A DNA stretch of 64,000 nucleotides from Botryllus schlosseri (taxonomy: Eukaryota): contig CM119372.1 of NCBI GenBank assembly GCA_051294905.1, forward strand, positions 38,566,001 through 38,630,000, written 5' to 3'. A program made the translations under genes and the position numbers. Shown here piece after piece: positions 28,999 through 41,117 of this stretch (position 1 is its first letter; each line of letters opens with the position of its first letter). Under the pieces are notes generated by a model. That model did not search any database and had not been told where the DNA came from. It worked only from the letters and a program-made list of their open reading frames with translations.

Positions 28999-31900
28999 TT
29001 CTAGTATTCCCGGATTATCGCGCACTGTGACTTGTAAATGTGCAATGTGCATTGTGCATAGGCTACTGCATAGTTTAATTCGTTATGGGCATGGCGCAAT
29101 GTGCATGGCACAGTGTTTAATTCGATTATTCGATTTGTTTCAACCGGAAAATATTATATTCAGATAAACTTGATCGACACCGGATGGACTGGTAACGAGT
29201 GCACCAATATCGAACGTCAAACCATTGGCCATTTGGTACAAGTCGAATTTTTATTGATCACGTCGTTATATCAACCATATCGCTCTTACTACAGTTACAG
29301 TTGAATAATAATCGCACATTTAAAGTTGAATTGAGCTGTATGGCTTAATGTTAACGAGTACAGTGCCAGTGTTAAAACGCCGCATCAGAATTTTAATGCT
29401 GTACAAGTAGTGAGGGTATCGACTTTATACGCAGGCCATTCCCCTGCCTGAGGCTATTTACGTTCGTCATCACCCTAATTGCCACGCCTGACGACCAATG
29501 CCACGCCTAGATATTTTAATGTTTTGTGAATTTCAATACCGATTTTCCATGTGTATTTAGCAATATGTATTGAATAACTTGGTTCCGAGAAATAAATAAC
29601 ATTCATTATACGTTAGATGATTAAATTCCGCATTATTCGTTAGATGATTAAATTCCGACACTTTATCTTAACTTGCTTTCGAAAAATAAATATAAATTCA
29701 GATTATACATAAGTTTCCAAAACTCTTGATGTCTATGCAAGGCTATATTCGCCAGATAATATTATTATGTGTATTTGGACTTTGTATTTTAGCGGATGAC
29801 ATGAGCTCTCAGATAATACTCATCAACGTTGAACTATTGCGGCGGTTTTATGATGATTACGTTAGAAGATTAAATTCCAATCTCGCGCAATCAATTTATG
29901 TGTATTTAAGACTATATATGATACACAAGACCTCTGTAAATATTGAGAAATGGCATCATCACTAATTAATTAATGTTCATTTATTTCGAAAAAATTGCAT
30001 AATATATCAGTAATACCGTTAACGTCACAAACGCATCCAGCACGACCAGACGGCGTGAAACAACGCTTTCGCTCGATTCTTGTAGTCGCGACATTTCATA
30101 CGATTCAGTCCTTTTCATGTCACTAGAATAAGGGTAATTAAACCGACAGTGAAACGCCGCCGGCGTCCAATAACGTAATAATGTAAGCTGCGTCGGGTGC
30201 TGCTCTAATGTTAGGAGCGAATATACTAGAAATTCCACGTCTGGACACCTGTAAGCAGGTGAGCATACTACCGTAGTAAAACGCATAACAGAATTCACGC
30301 AAAAGTCGATATTGCTTTGTGATGATTTTGATGTTGTTCCATATCGATTGGGAAGATAGGACTCCTAATTTCCTAACTAACTACATAATCCCTAGTAACG
30401 CAGTCAGACGCATAACGGAATTTACGCAAAATCGGTATTGCTCTGCGATAATTTTGATCACTATGTTTTGATAATAACTTGCTTTGATGTTGTTCCATAT
30501 CGATTGGGAAGATAGCACACCTAATTTCGTAACTAACTACATAATCCCTAGTAACGTAGTCAGACGCATAACGGAATTAACGCAAATCGGCATTGCTCTG
30601 CGATAATTTTGATCACTATGTTTTGATAATGACTTGCTTCCGAGAAATAAATAACATTCATTATACGTTAGATGATACTTTTCCTTTATATTCTATTATG
30701 TGTATTTAGGTCTAATGCGACATCCCTATGTTGGCGACAGGCCTGGTTTGAACACACTAATTTTGCAAATTAAACTTATCACTCACCACGGACACTCAAT
30801 GAAGAGCACCCTGGAGCACCCACATAAATGCTCTACAATTCTTGACTTATAAGATACTGAGCATATAATAAGCTGACAAAACTGATACTTGAGTACTCCG
30901 AAGTGTACAAGTACTTTACCTTTACACGACGTTTTGTTAAATGAATACTAATGGTACGCGAATGATCATAGACTAAGCTTGCTTTCAGAGTTGGAAACTA
31001 AATGCATATGAAAATTTAACTACGTTTTCCCCACACGCATCAAATGTAGGCCTCCTCAAGTGTTTATGAGGCGGCAAATAGTTCGAAGGTTGTTGGTATG
31101 CAAGGACGTCACATAGAATTGTGGAGTTTTCTGTAAACTATAATCCAGTGATCTATTTTCAATCACTATACTTTTATTAATCTAAACTAAGTACTGTTAG
31201 TAGGCAGACCCTAGGAAAATATCCTCTGATAAAAGCTGGAGTAATTCGTTATCCGTGAAATAAATAGATAACGCGCAATATGAGCGGTGTTACGATGACT
31301 GACAAATACTTTGAATTAATGTATAGAAGTAGCGATTTCGAACTACGTGAAAAGTTAGTCGAGCTCACGCATTTTCCATTTTCAAAAGTCAAATTACGAC
31401 GATTTTTGTAAAATGAATACTTATTTTAATAAAAATTAAAAAAGAGCGAAAAATTACATTTTATCCCGTAACGCAACAAGAAAAACCGTATGAATTTAAA
31501 CTACTTATTCATGACATAATAATAATTCTGCTTGTACACTTTTTCACATTTGATAACACTTTTAGTAGTACTTAAAAGTTTCAGTTTTAAATAAAATTCG
31601 GAATATAAACTAATCAAAAATTTCGGTAACCAATTTCGCGTAGGCTATGCATACAAATGAGGAAAGTTACATCAACGCGTGATAACTAGTTGTATTATGT
31701 AGCTTGTAATTCATGCGAGTTTCGAAACTTTTACACTGAGTCTTTTAAAGTAGATGGAAACGAAAAAAAACTAATCGAAAAAATTTGCGAAGTTTGGACG
31801 CGGCATATTTAGGTTTTTTAAAAATTATTCATACCCATGACTCGAAATATTGTTAACTAACTTATGTTTTCGACATAAGATAAGCGTGAAGTGAACAAAT

Positions 31901-33140
31901 TTCGATGTTGCGCAAACACCACAAACTTTGCTTGCTTTCAGAGCAGGCAACTAAATGCAAGACAGACTTTACGCAAAAGTCGCTGTTCTGAAAATTTTGT
32001 CAAGTTAATAGTTTGAAAACTTATACTTGAGCACTACGAAATGTACAAGTACTTTACCTTTACACGACGTTTTTTGTAAAATGAATACGAATTTTAGTAA
32101 AAATAAAAAATAAAAATGAGCGAAAAATAACATTTTATCCCGGAAAGCAACAAGAAAAATCGTATGAATTTGTAAACTACTCATTAACGACATAACAATA
32201 ATTCTACTTGTACACTCTTTCACATTTTATAACACTTTTAGTAGTACTTAACGGTTTCAGTTTTAAATAAAATTCGGAATATAAACCAATCGAAAAATTC
32301 GGTAACCAATTTCGCGTAGGCTATGCATACAAATGAGGAAAGTTCGCGTGTTAACTAGTCGTATTTTGTAGCTTGTAATTCATGCAAGTAAGTCGGACAA
32401 ATTCGTCGCAAGAACACGACTCTAATGGACATAACTAAATGAAAATTTTGTCAAGTAGATATTTTTCGGTATGCTTAATTCGATGTTGTTCCATACCGAA
32501 TAGCACTCGTCAAGGTTATACAAGCATAACCCTAAACTACTCTTTACTTCACAAAATATAAAGTTAATAAAGTAAGCAGATTTGTATGAAAACTCGTTAA
32601 ATAGAAGTAAAAGTAGCCTAGAAACATAACTGCTTACTGAAAAATCGTTACGTAGAAGTGGGGTTAGTCTACGAACATAACCACTTACTTACTTTGAAAT
32701 CTCAACTTGTACTTGTATTCGTACTTTACCTTTGCACGGCGTTTTTGTATAATGAATACTAATTTTATTAAAAAAGTAAACAAAAAGCGCAAAAATTACA
32801 TTTTATCCCGGAACGCAGCAAGAAAAATCATATAAATTTTATAAAGTAGATAGAAAACTACACTATTCCGATGCACTAAAGACTCTTACACTCTGGATTT
32901 TGTGTAGTATATACTAATTTTACATTGCGGAGTATTCCATAGAGGTTAATCCAGTGATCCTCCTTCTGTTTTCAATCACGATCCGCTTATTATTCTAGGC
33001 TTCGAACCCCACACCCAGTACGTTTTATGGGGATTAATATTTTTAGATTAAATATAGCGTATCGAGACTTCGTGAAACTTACTTGGAAATAGTTATTTCT
33101 ACCCTAATTTAAAAGATTTCTCAGATATCGTAGCAACGGA

Positions 33141-33223
33141 ACTGGGTTGGCCGAGCGGTTAAGGCGTTGGGCTTAAGTTTCAATGAACAAGTGTTCATGT
33201 AGGTTCGAACCCCACACCCAGTA
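33141..33223 (+). tRNA. tRNA-Leu(TAA)-like gene/pseudogene in left arm
   Basis: Acceptor stem ACTGGGT/ACCCAGT, A box TGGCCGAGCGG, anticodon loop CT-TAA-GT, long variable arm, GGTTCGAACCC, TTTT terminator; one T-stem mismatch. Confidence 0.7.
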
Positions 33224-33993
33224 CGTTTTACGGGGATTAATATTTTTAGATTCAAATATAGCGTATCGAGAACTACTTATTCATGACATAATAATAATTC
33301 TACTTGTACACTTTTTCGTATTTTATAACACTTTTAGCAGTTCTTAACAGTTTAAGTTTTGATTAAAATTCGGAATATAAACTATTCCAAAAAATTCATG
33401 AAGTCCTGATACGCTTTATCTGAGTTTAAAAAATTATTCATCCTAATCTGCCTCATCATCATATGCTTGTAACTAGTTCCGGACTTGCTTGCATCATCGG
33501 CTGCGCGGTGCTAGTCTTCTTGGCCACATGAAATAGGATGTTTTAGCTTCAACCTCAACGCATTAGCACACTGAATTTAAATATTGGCGATAAATAATAT
33601 ACAGTAGCTCCAATTTTAATGAAAAATAAAAATAAAAAAGCGCGAAAAATTGCATTTATCCTGGAACGCACCAAGAAAAACCGTATGAATTTGTAAAGTA
33701 GTTAGAAAACTACACTATTCCGCTACACTAAAGACTTTGACACTCCGGATTTTCTATAGTGTATACTAATTTTACATTGCGGAGTATTCAGTAAAGTATA
33801 ATCCAGTGATCCTCCTTCTATTTTCAATCACGATCCTCTTATTTGTCTAGGCTACGAACCCCACACCCAGTACGTTTTATGGGGATTAATATTTTTAGAG
33901 TCATGTATGGCGTATCGAGACTTCGTGAAACTTACTTGGAAATAGTTACTTCTACCCTAATTTAAAAGGTTTCTCAGATATCGTTGCAATGGA

Positions 33994-34076
33994 GCTGGGT
34001 TGACCGAGCGGTTAAGGCGTTGGAATCAAGTTTCAATGAACCGGTGTTCATGTGGGTTCGAACCCAACGCCCAGTA
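33994..34076 (+). tRNA. tRNA-Leu(CAA)-like pseudogene, duplicate in left arm
   Basis: Same layout as 33141-33223 with loop AT-CAA-GT and more mismatches. Confidence 0.55.
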
Positions 34077-37000
34077 CGTTCTACGGGGATTAATATTTTT
34101 AGATTCAAATATAGCGTATCGAGTACTTTTTCTCAACTGTGCTAAAACTTTTTTCACTCCGTATTTCTGTAGTATATACTAATTTACAATACCGCATTTG
34201 TAATTCGTGCAAGTACAGGAATATCATAGTTCTTGTAACAATGTTGTATGCGCACAATATATGTTTATCATAAGTCCTACAAATTCATGATTTCGCCCTA
34301 GTTTGAGTTTTAGAAAATATTATACCTACATCGCGACATCTTTCAAAAACAAAACCATGATCAATGCTTGAGAGATCATGTTTGCTATTTTTCATTGGCA
34401 TAAGTCATTCTGGACCGCAAAAACGCATTGTACGATATAGATGAAACTTAAGAAAATCCTAGTATCCTCATTTTCAAAGTAGCCGAAAATATTCGGGTTC
34501 ATTTCAATATGAATATACTATTTAATTGTATATTGAAGTTCTGTACCTCCAAGAAGCTCTTCAAAGTAGCTTAGATCTCGAAATAAGCCCTGACTCGCTA
34601 TTCTCCTCAAACCATGGAATTGTCACGAGTATCACCTTCGATCACTGAAGAAAAGGATGAAATTATATCCGAAGCATATTTCTTGACCAGAAATTTTATC
34701 ATGTACGAACTCGACTTATAATATAGGCCTGTTTCAAATTCAAGACAGTTTCAGTGTTAAACAAAAATGTACCTTGAATACTAACTTTTATGATGTGAAA
34801 TATTATATGCATCAACGAAGAAACGTCACTTTTACAATGGTTCGGTATGATTTCTATATTATTACACTCTCGTTATTGGACTGTGGTGTGACGCTGAGCT
34901 ATATCTCGATGCCTGCGCTTCCGCATTTATTTTTTCGATGTATTCTGCCCTATGTAGATTTAACATAAGGAAGGTTACTTCACTCATAAAATTCGAAATA
35001 CGTATTTGCTCGAGTTGAAGCCATAACGCTTGGAGTGAAATTTTACGTGATTTTCGTTAATATCCAACCGGGCTAATTTCGAAATGTAAATTGAAAAACT
35101 CAAATACCGCATAGTAGGACTTCGCAGATTTTCAATTCATTTTTGCTATTTTTTCATGGTGATAAGTCATTCGGGACGGTGAAATGTATTGTAGGAAATA
35201 GATGAAACTGATACAATTCATCACGACCCCTGAAAAAAGTACATTACATTTAAACATTTTATTAGCAGGAAATCGAAATACCACAAACTGTGCTAACCTT
35301 CGGAGTTGTTAAGTAAAGAAGTACTCATACTTCTTCGGAGTACCCAAGTAGGTTTTTCGCCTACACGCACCAAATACTCTCAAGTCCTTATGATATTGGA
35401 GTGCTTCAACTTCATGATAGTTATAGTATTAAGCAGAAATATACCTGGTGTACTACCGTTTTGCTTACTCAGAAATGACTACTTCGTTCTTATTTTGAAG
35501 GATTCCTCGCTCGACGCGAAATTTTATTAAGTTTTGAATAATATCCAACATGTAGGTTCAATTTGAAGGGTACTTCGTCAAACTCAAATATTGCACAGGG
35601 AGAGTTCGCAAATTCTCGATGTATTATTGGTATTTTTATTGCAGTAAGTCATTCTGCAGTGCGAAAATGCATCGTAGGATATAGATGAAACTGACACCGC
35701 TCACCAAGACCACTGGACCACCGAAAAAAGTACATTTCAACATTTTAGTAGCAGTAAATTCCTAGTAAAGTACAAGAAGTGATGATTTCCGAGTGAGTTG
35801 AAAAGTAAGTATTGAAGGTATAGTTTGCTCGAACACCGAAAACTCAAAAATAGAAGAAGATGCAGTGTAAATAGTTGATATCTTGATTAAGTTTAGCGCA
35901 AGCAGGCCGAACCTATACTTCAGTACTCCAAAATGTACAACTACTTCGCTATGAACACCCTCCACGTAAAACGTGACTAGGTTTTAGTCTTTTAGACTAC
36001 TTTATCGCTACTTGGCAGTTTCAGTTTTAGATAAAATTTGGAATAAAAAAAAAACTAGCTCATTCACCCACTTGGAAATCTCTTCTTCAACCTTCACTTG
36101 AGTGGAGCAAGTAGATCTCATTTATTTTTAATTCCACATGTACACTCGACCATATTTTATGACTTACATAATTAATTTTCTCTATATTTGAAGTCAAGTC
36201 TGTCAAATAGCAGTATATGTTACGATGAGCTTATATTCGTTATGTTTGATCATTCTGACTAACGATATTCATTAGGTGAGCTCTCCAGTGATAGTCTTAG
36301 GACTTGGAACAGTGTTATATGACATCATAGCGATACGAAGTTACGACAGTTTATAATTAGCTACCTTACGAAACCAAATTTCGTTAGTTCATCTCCACCT
36401 TCAAATATCGCGTTATACAAATATTGTTTATACGGAACAAATACATATATGGCTATGTTGTTGCAATCTTCAAAAAAGTACCTCCCTCAGTATCCAATTT
36501 CTCGTGGGCTATGCATACAAATGAGGACAGTTACATCAACGAGTGGTAACTTGTTGTATTATGTAGCTAGTAATTAGTGCAAGTAAGTCCGCAACTACTG
36601 TTCAAGGCCTTTTCCGCGTTCTTAATAATATCACCTCAAGTTTACTCAAGTATCTCCAATTTGATACTCGAGCACTAAATCCTTCTTTTCCGCGGGCATG
36701 TTAGAGGACATAGGGCGATATTCAAACAATTCGCAATTTTGCTGGAATACAAGTACAATTAGGGATCTAAAAGTAACTAATATAGATGGTTATGTTTGTA
36801 GATTACTTACCCTTCTACTCAGAGGTTTTTCAGGTGGAACTACCTACCTTTAGGACTTCAAATGCTAAAGTAGTTAGAGCTTACGTTTGTATCACCTTAA
36901 CAAGTGGCATTATCAGATATGAAAATGATATTATCACATAATACCAGAAGTTAACACACGTCAATGTGTTTCGGACTTCACGAGAAATTGGTTACTAAGA

Positions 37001-37107
37001 GAAGTATATTCTTGTATACACAATAGCGGAGAGAATCTTTAAATTGTAGTAAGCAGGCCGATGGGTATTCATTGAGTTGGATAAGCATAAAAAACATTCC
37101 CGCGCGC

Positions 37108-37151
37108 TTCTAAACCTAACTCTGCCTAACCCTACCACCTAATCCTAAGAC
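37108..37151. repeat. Non-palindromic central loop of degenerate telomere-like CCTAA repeats
   Basis: ttctaaacctaactctgcctaaccctaccacctaatcctaagac, closed by cccgcgcgc/gcgcgcggg. Confidence 0.8.
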
Positions 37152-40100
37152 GCGCGCGGGAATGTTTTTTATGCTTATCCAACTCAATGAATACCCATCG
37201 GCCTGCTTACTACAATTTAAAGATTCTCTCCGCTATTGTGTATACAAGAATATACTTCTCTTAGTAACCAATTTCTCGTGAAGTCCGAAACACATTGACG
37301 TGTGTTAACTTCTGGTATTATGTGATAATATCATTTTCATATCTGATAATGCCACTTGTTAAGGTGATACAAACGTAAGCTCTAACTACTTTAGCATTTG
37401 AAGTCCTAAAGGTAGGTAGTTCCACCGGAAAAACCTCTGAGTAGTAGGGTAAGTAATCTACAAACATAACCATCTATATTAGTTACTTTTAGATCCCTAA
37501 TTGTACTTGTATTCCAGCAAAATTGCGAATTGTTTGAATATCGCCCTATGTCCTCTAACATGCCCGCGGAAAAGAAGGATTTAGTGCTCGAGTATCAAAT
37601 TGGAGATACTCGAGTAAACTTGAGGTGATATTATTAAGAACGCGGAAAAGGCCTTGAACAGTAGTTGCGGACTTACTTGCACTAATTACTAGCTACATAA
37701 TACAACAAGTTACCACTCGTTGATGTAACTGTCCTCATTTGTATGCATAGCCCACGAGAAATTGGATACTGAGGGAGGTACTTTTTTGAAGATTGCAACA
37801 ACATAGCCATATATGTATTTGTTCCGTATAAACAATATTTGTATAACGCGATATTTGAAGGTGGAGATGAACTAACGAAATTTGGTTTCGTAAGGTAGCT
37901 AATTATAAACTGTCGTAACTTCGTATCGCTATGATGTCATATAACACTGTTCCAAGTCCTAAGACTATCACTGGAGAGCTCACCTAATGAATATCGTTAG
38001 TCAGAATGATCAAACATAACGAATATAAGCTCATCGTAACATATACTGCTATTTGACAGACTTGACTTCAAATATAGAGAAAATTAATTATGTAAGTCAT
38101 AAAATATGGTCGAGTGTACATGTGGAATTAAAAATAAATGAGATCTACTTGCTCCACTCAAGTGAAGGTTGAAGAAGAGATTTCCAAGTGGGTGAATGAG
38201 CTAGTTTTTTTTTTATTCCAAATTTTATCTAAAACTGAAACTGCCAAGTAGCGATAAAGTAGTCTAAAAGACTAAAACCTAGTCACGTTTTACGTGGAGG
38301 GTGTTCATAGCGAAGTAGTTGTACATTTTGGAGTACTGAAGTATAGGTTCGGCCTGCTTGCGCTAAACTTAATCAAGATATCAACTATTTACACTGCATC
38401 TTCTTCTATTTTTGAGTTTTCGGTGTTCGAGCAAACTATACCTTCAATACTTACTTTTCAACTCACTCGGAAATCATCACTTCTTGTACTTTACTAGGAA
38501 TTTACTGCTACTAAAATGTTGAAATGTACTTTTTTCGGTGGTCCAGTGGTCTTGGTGAGCGGTGTCAGTTTCATCTATATCCTACGATGCATTTTCGCAC
38601 TGCAGAATGACTTACTGCAATAAAAATACCAATAATACATCGAGAATTTGCGAACTCTCCCTGTGCAATATTTGAGTTTGACGAAGTACCCTTCAAATTG
38701 AACCTACATGTTGGATATTATTCAAAACTTAATAAAATTTCGCGTCGAGCGAGGAATCCTTCAAAATAAGAACGAAGTAGTCATTTCTGAGTAAGCAAAA
38801 CGGTAGTACACCAGGTATATTTCTGCTTAATACTATAACTATCATGAAGTTGAAGCACTCCAATATCATAAGGACTTGAGAGTATTTGGTGCGTGTAGGC
38901 GAAAAACCTACTTGGGTACTCCGAAGAAGTATGAGTACTTCTTTACTTAACAACTCCGAAGGTTAGCGCAGTTTGTGGTATTTCGATTTCCTGCTAATAA
39001 AATGTTTAAATGTAATGTACTTTTTTCAGGGGTCGTGATGAATTGTATCAGTTTCATCTATTTCCTACAATACATTTCACCGTCCCGAATGACTTATCAC
39101 CATGAAAAAATAGCAAAAATGAATTGAAAATCTGCGAAGTCCTACTATGCGGTATTTGAGTTTTTCAATTTACATTTCGAAATTAGCCCGGTTGATATTA
39201 ACGAAAATCACGTAAAATTTCACTCCAAGCGTTATGGCTTCAACTCGAGCAAACACGTATTTCGAATTTTATGAGTGAAGTAACCTTCCTTATGTTAAAT
39301 CTACATAGGGCAGAATACATCGAAAAAATAAATGCGGAAGCCCAGGCATCGAGATATAGCTCAGCGTCACACCACAGTCCAATAACGAGAGTGTAATAAT
39401 ATAGAAATCATACCGAACCATTGTAAAAGTGACGTTTCTTCGTTGATGCATATAATATTTCACATCATAAAAGTTAGTATTCAAGGTACATTTTTGTTTA
39501 ACACTGAAACTGTCTTGAATTTGAAACAGGCCTATATTATAAGTCGAGTTCGTACATGATAAAATTTCTGGTCAAGGAATATGCTTCGGATATAATTTCA
39601 TCCTTTTCTTCAGTGATCGAAGGTGATACTCGTGACAATTCCATGGTTTGAGGAGAATAGCGAGTCAGGGCTTATTTCGAGATCTAAGCTACTTTGAAGA
39701 GCTTCTTGGAGGTACAGAACTTCAATATACAATTAAATAGTATATTCATATTGAAATGAACCCGAATATTTTCGGCTACTTTGAAAATGAGGATACTAGG
39801 ATTTTCTTAAGTTTCATCTATATCGTACAATGCGTTTTTGCGGTCCAGAATGACTTATGCCAATGAAAAATAGCAAACATGATCTCTCAAGCATTGATCA
39901 TGGTTTTGTTTTTGAAAGATGTCGCGATGTAGGTATAATATTTTCTAAAACTCAAACTAGGGCGAAATCATGAATTTGTAGGACTTATGATAAACATATA
40001 TTGTGCGCATACAACATTGTTACAAGAACTATGATATTCCTGTACTTGCACGAATTACAAATGCGGTATTGTAAATTAGTATATACTACAGAAATACGGA

Positions 40101-40181
40101 GTGAAAAAAGTTTTAGCACAGTTGAGAAAAAGTACTCGATACGCTATATTTGAATCTAAAAATATTAATCCCCGTAGAACG

Positions 40182-40264
40182 TACTGGGCGTTGGGTTCGA
40201 ACCCACATGAACACCGGTTCATTGAAACTTGATTCCAACGCCTTAACCGCTCGGTCAACCCAGC
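40182..40264 (-). tRNA. Mirror copy of the tRNA-Leu(CAA)-like sequence
   Basis: Reverse complement of 33994-34076. Confidence 0.55.
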
Positions 40265-41034
40265 TCCATTGCAACGATATCTGAGAAACCTTTTAAATTA
40301 GGGTAGAAGTAACTATTTCCAAGTAAGTTTCACGAAGTCTCGATACGCCATACATGACTCTAAAAATATTAATCCCCATAAAACGTACTGGGTGTGGGGT
40401 TCGTAGCCTAGACAAATAAGAGGATCGTGATTGAAAATAGAAGGAGGATCACTGGATTATACTTTACTGAATACTCCGCAATGTAAAATTAGTATACACT
40501 ATAGAAAATCCGGAGTGTCAAAGTCTTTAGTGTAGCGGAATAGTGTAGTTTTCTAACTACTTTACAAATTCATACGGTTTTTCTTGGTGCGTTCCAGGAT
40601 AAATGCAATTTTTCGCGCTTTTTTATTTTTATTTTTCATTAAAATTGGAGCTACTGTATATTATTTATCGCCAATATTTAAATTCAGTGTGCTAATGCGT
40701 TGAGGTTGAAGCTAAAACATCCTATTTCATGTGGCCAAGAAGACTAGCACCGCGCAGCCGATGATGCAAGCAAGTCCGGAACTAGTTACAAGCATATGAT
40801 GATGAGGCAGATTAGGATGAATAATTTTTTAAACTCAGATAAAGCGTATCAGGACTTCATGAATTTTTTGGAATAGTTTATATTCCGAATTTTAATCAAA
40901 ACTTAAACTGTTAAGAACTGCTAAAAGTGTTATAAAATACGAAAAAGTGTACAAGTAGAATTATTATTATGTCATGAATAAGTAGTTCTCGATACGCTAT
41001 ATTTGAATCTAAAAATATTAATCCCCGTAAAACG

Positions 41035-41117
41035 TACTGGGTGTGGGGTTCGAACCTACATGAACACTTGTTCATTGAAACATAAGCCCAACGCCTTAAC
41101 CGCTCGGCCAACCCAGT
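41035..41117 (-). tRNA. Mirror copy of the tRNA-Leu-like sequence with anticodon TAT
   Basis: Reverse complement of 33141-33223 except that the loop reads CT-TAT-GT. Confidence 0.6.
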
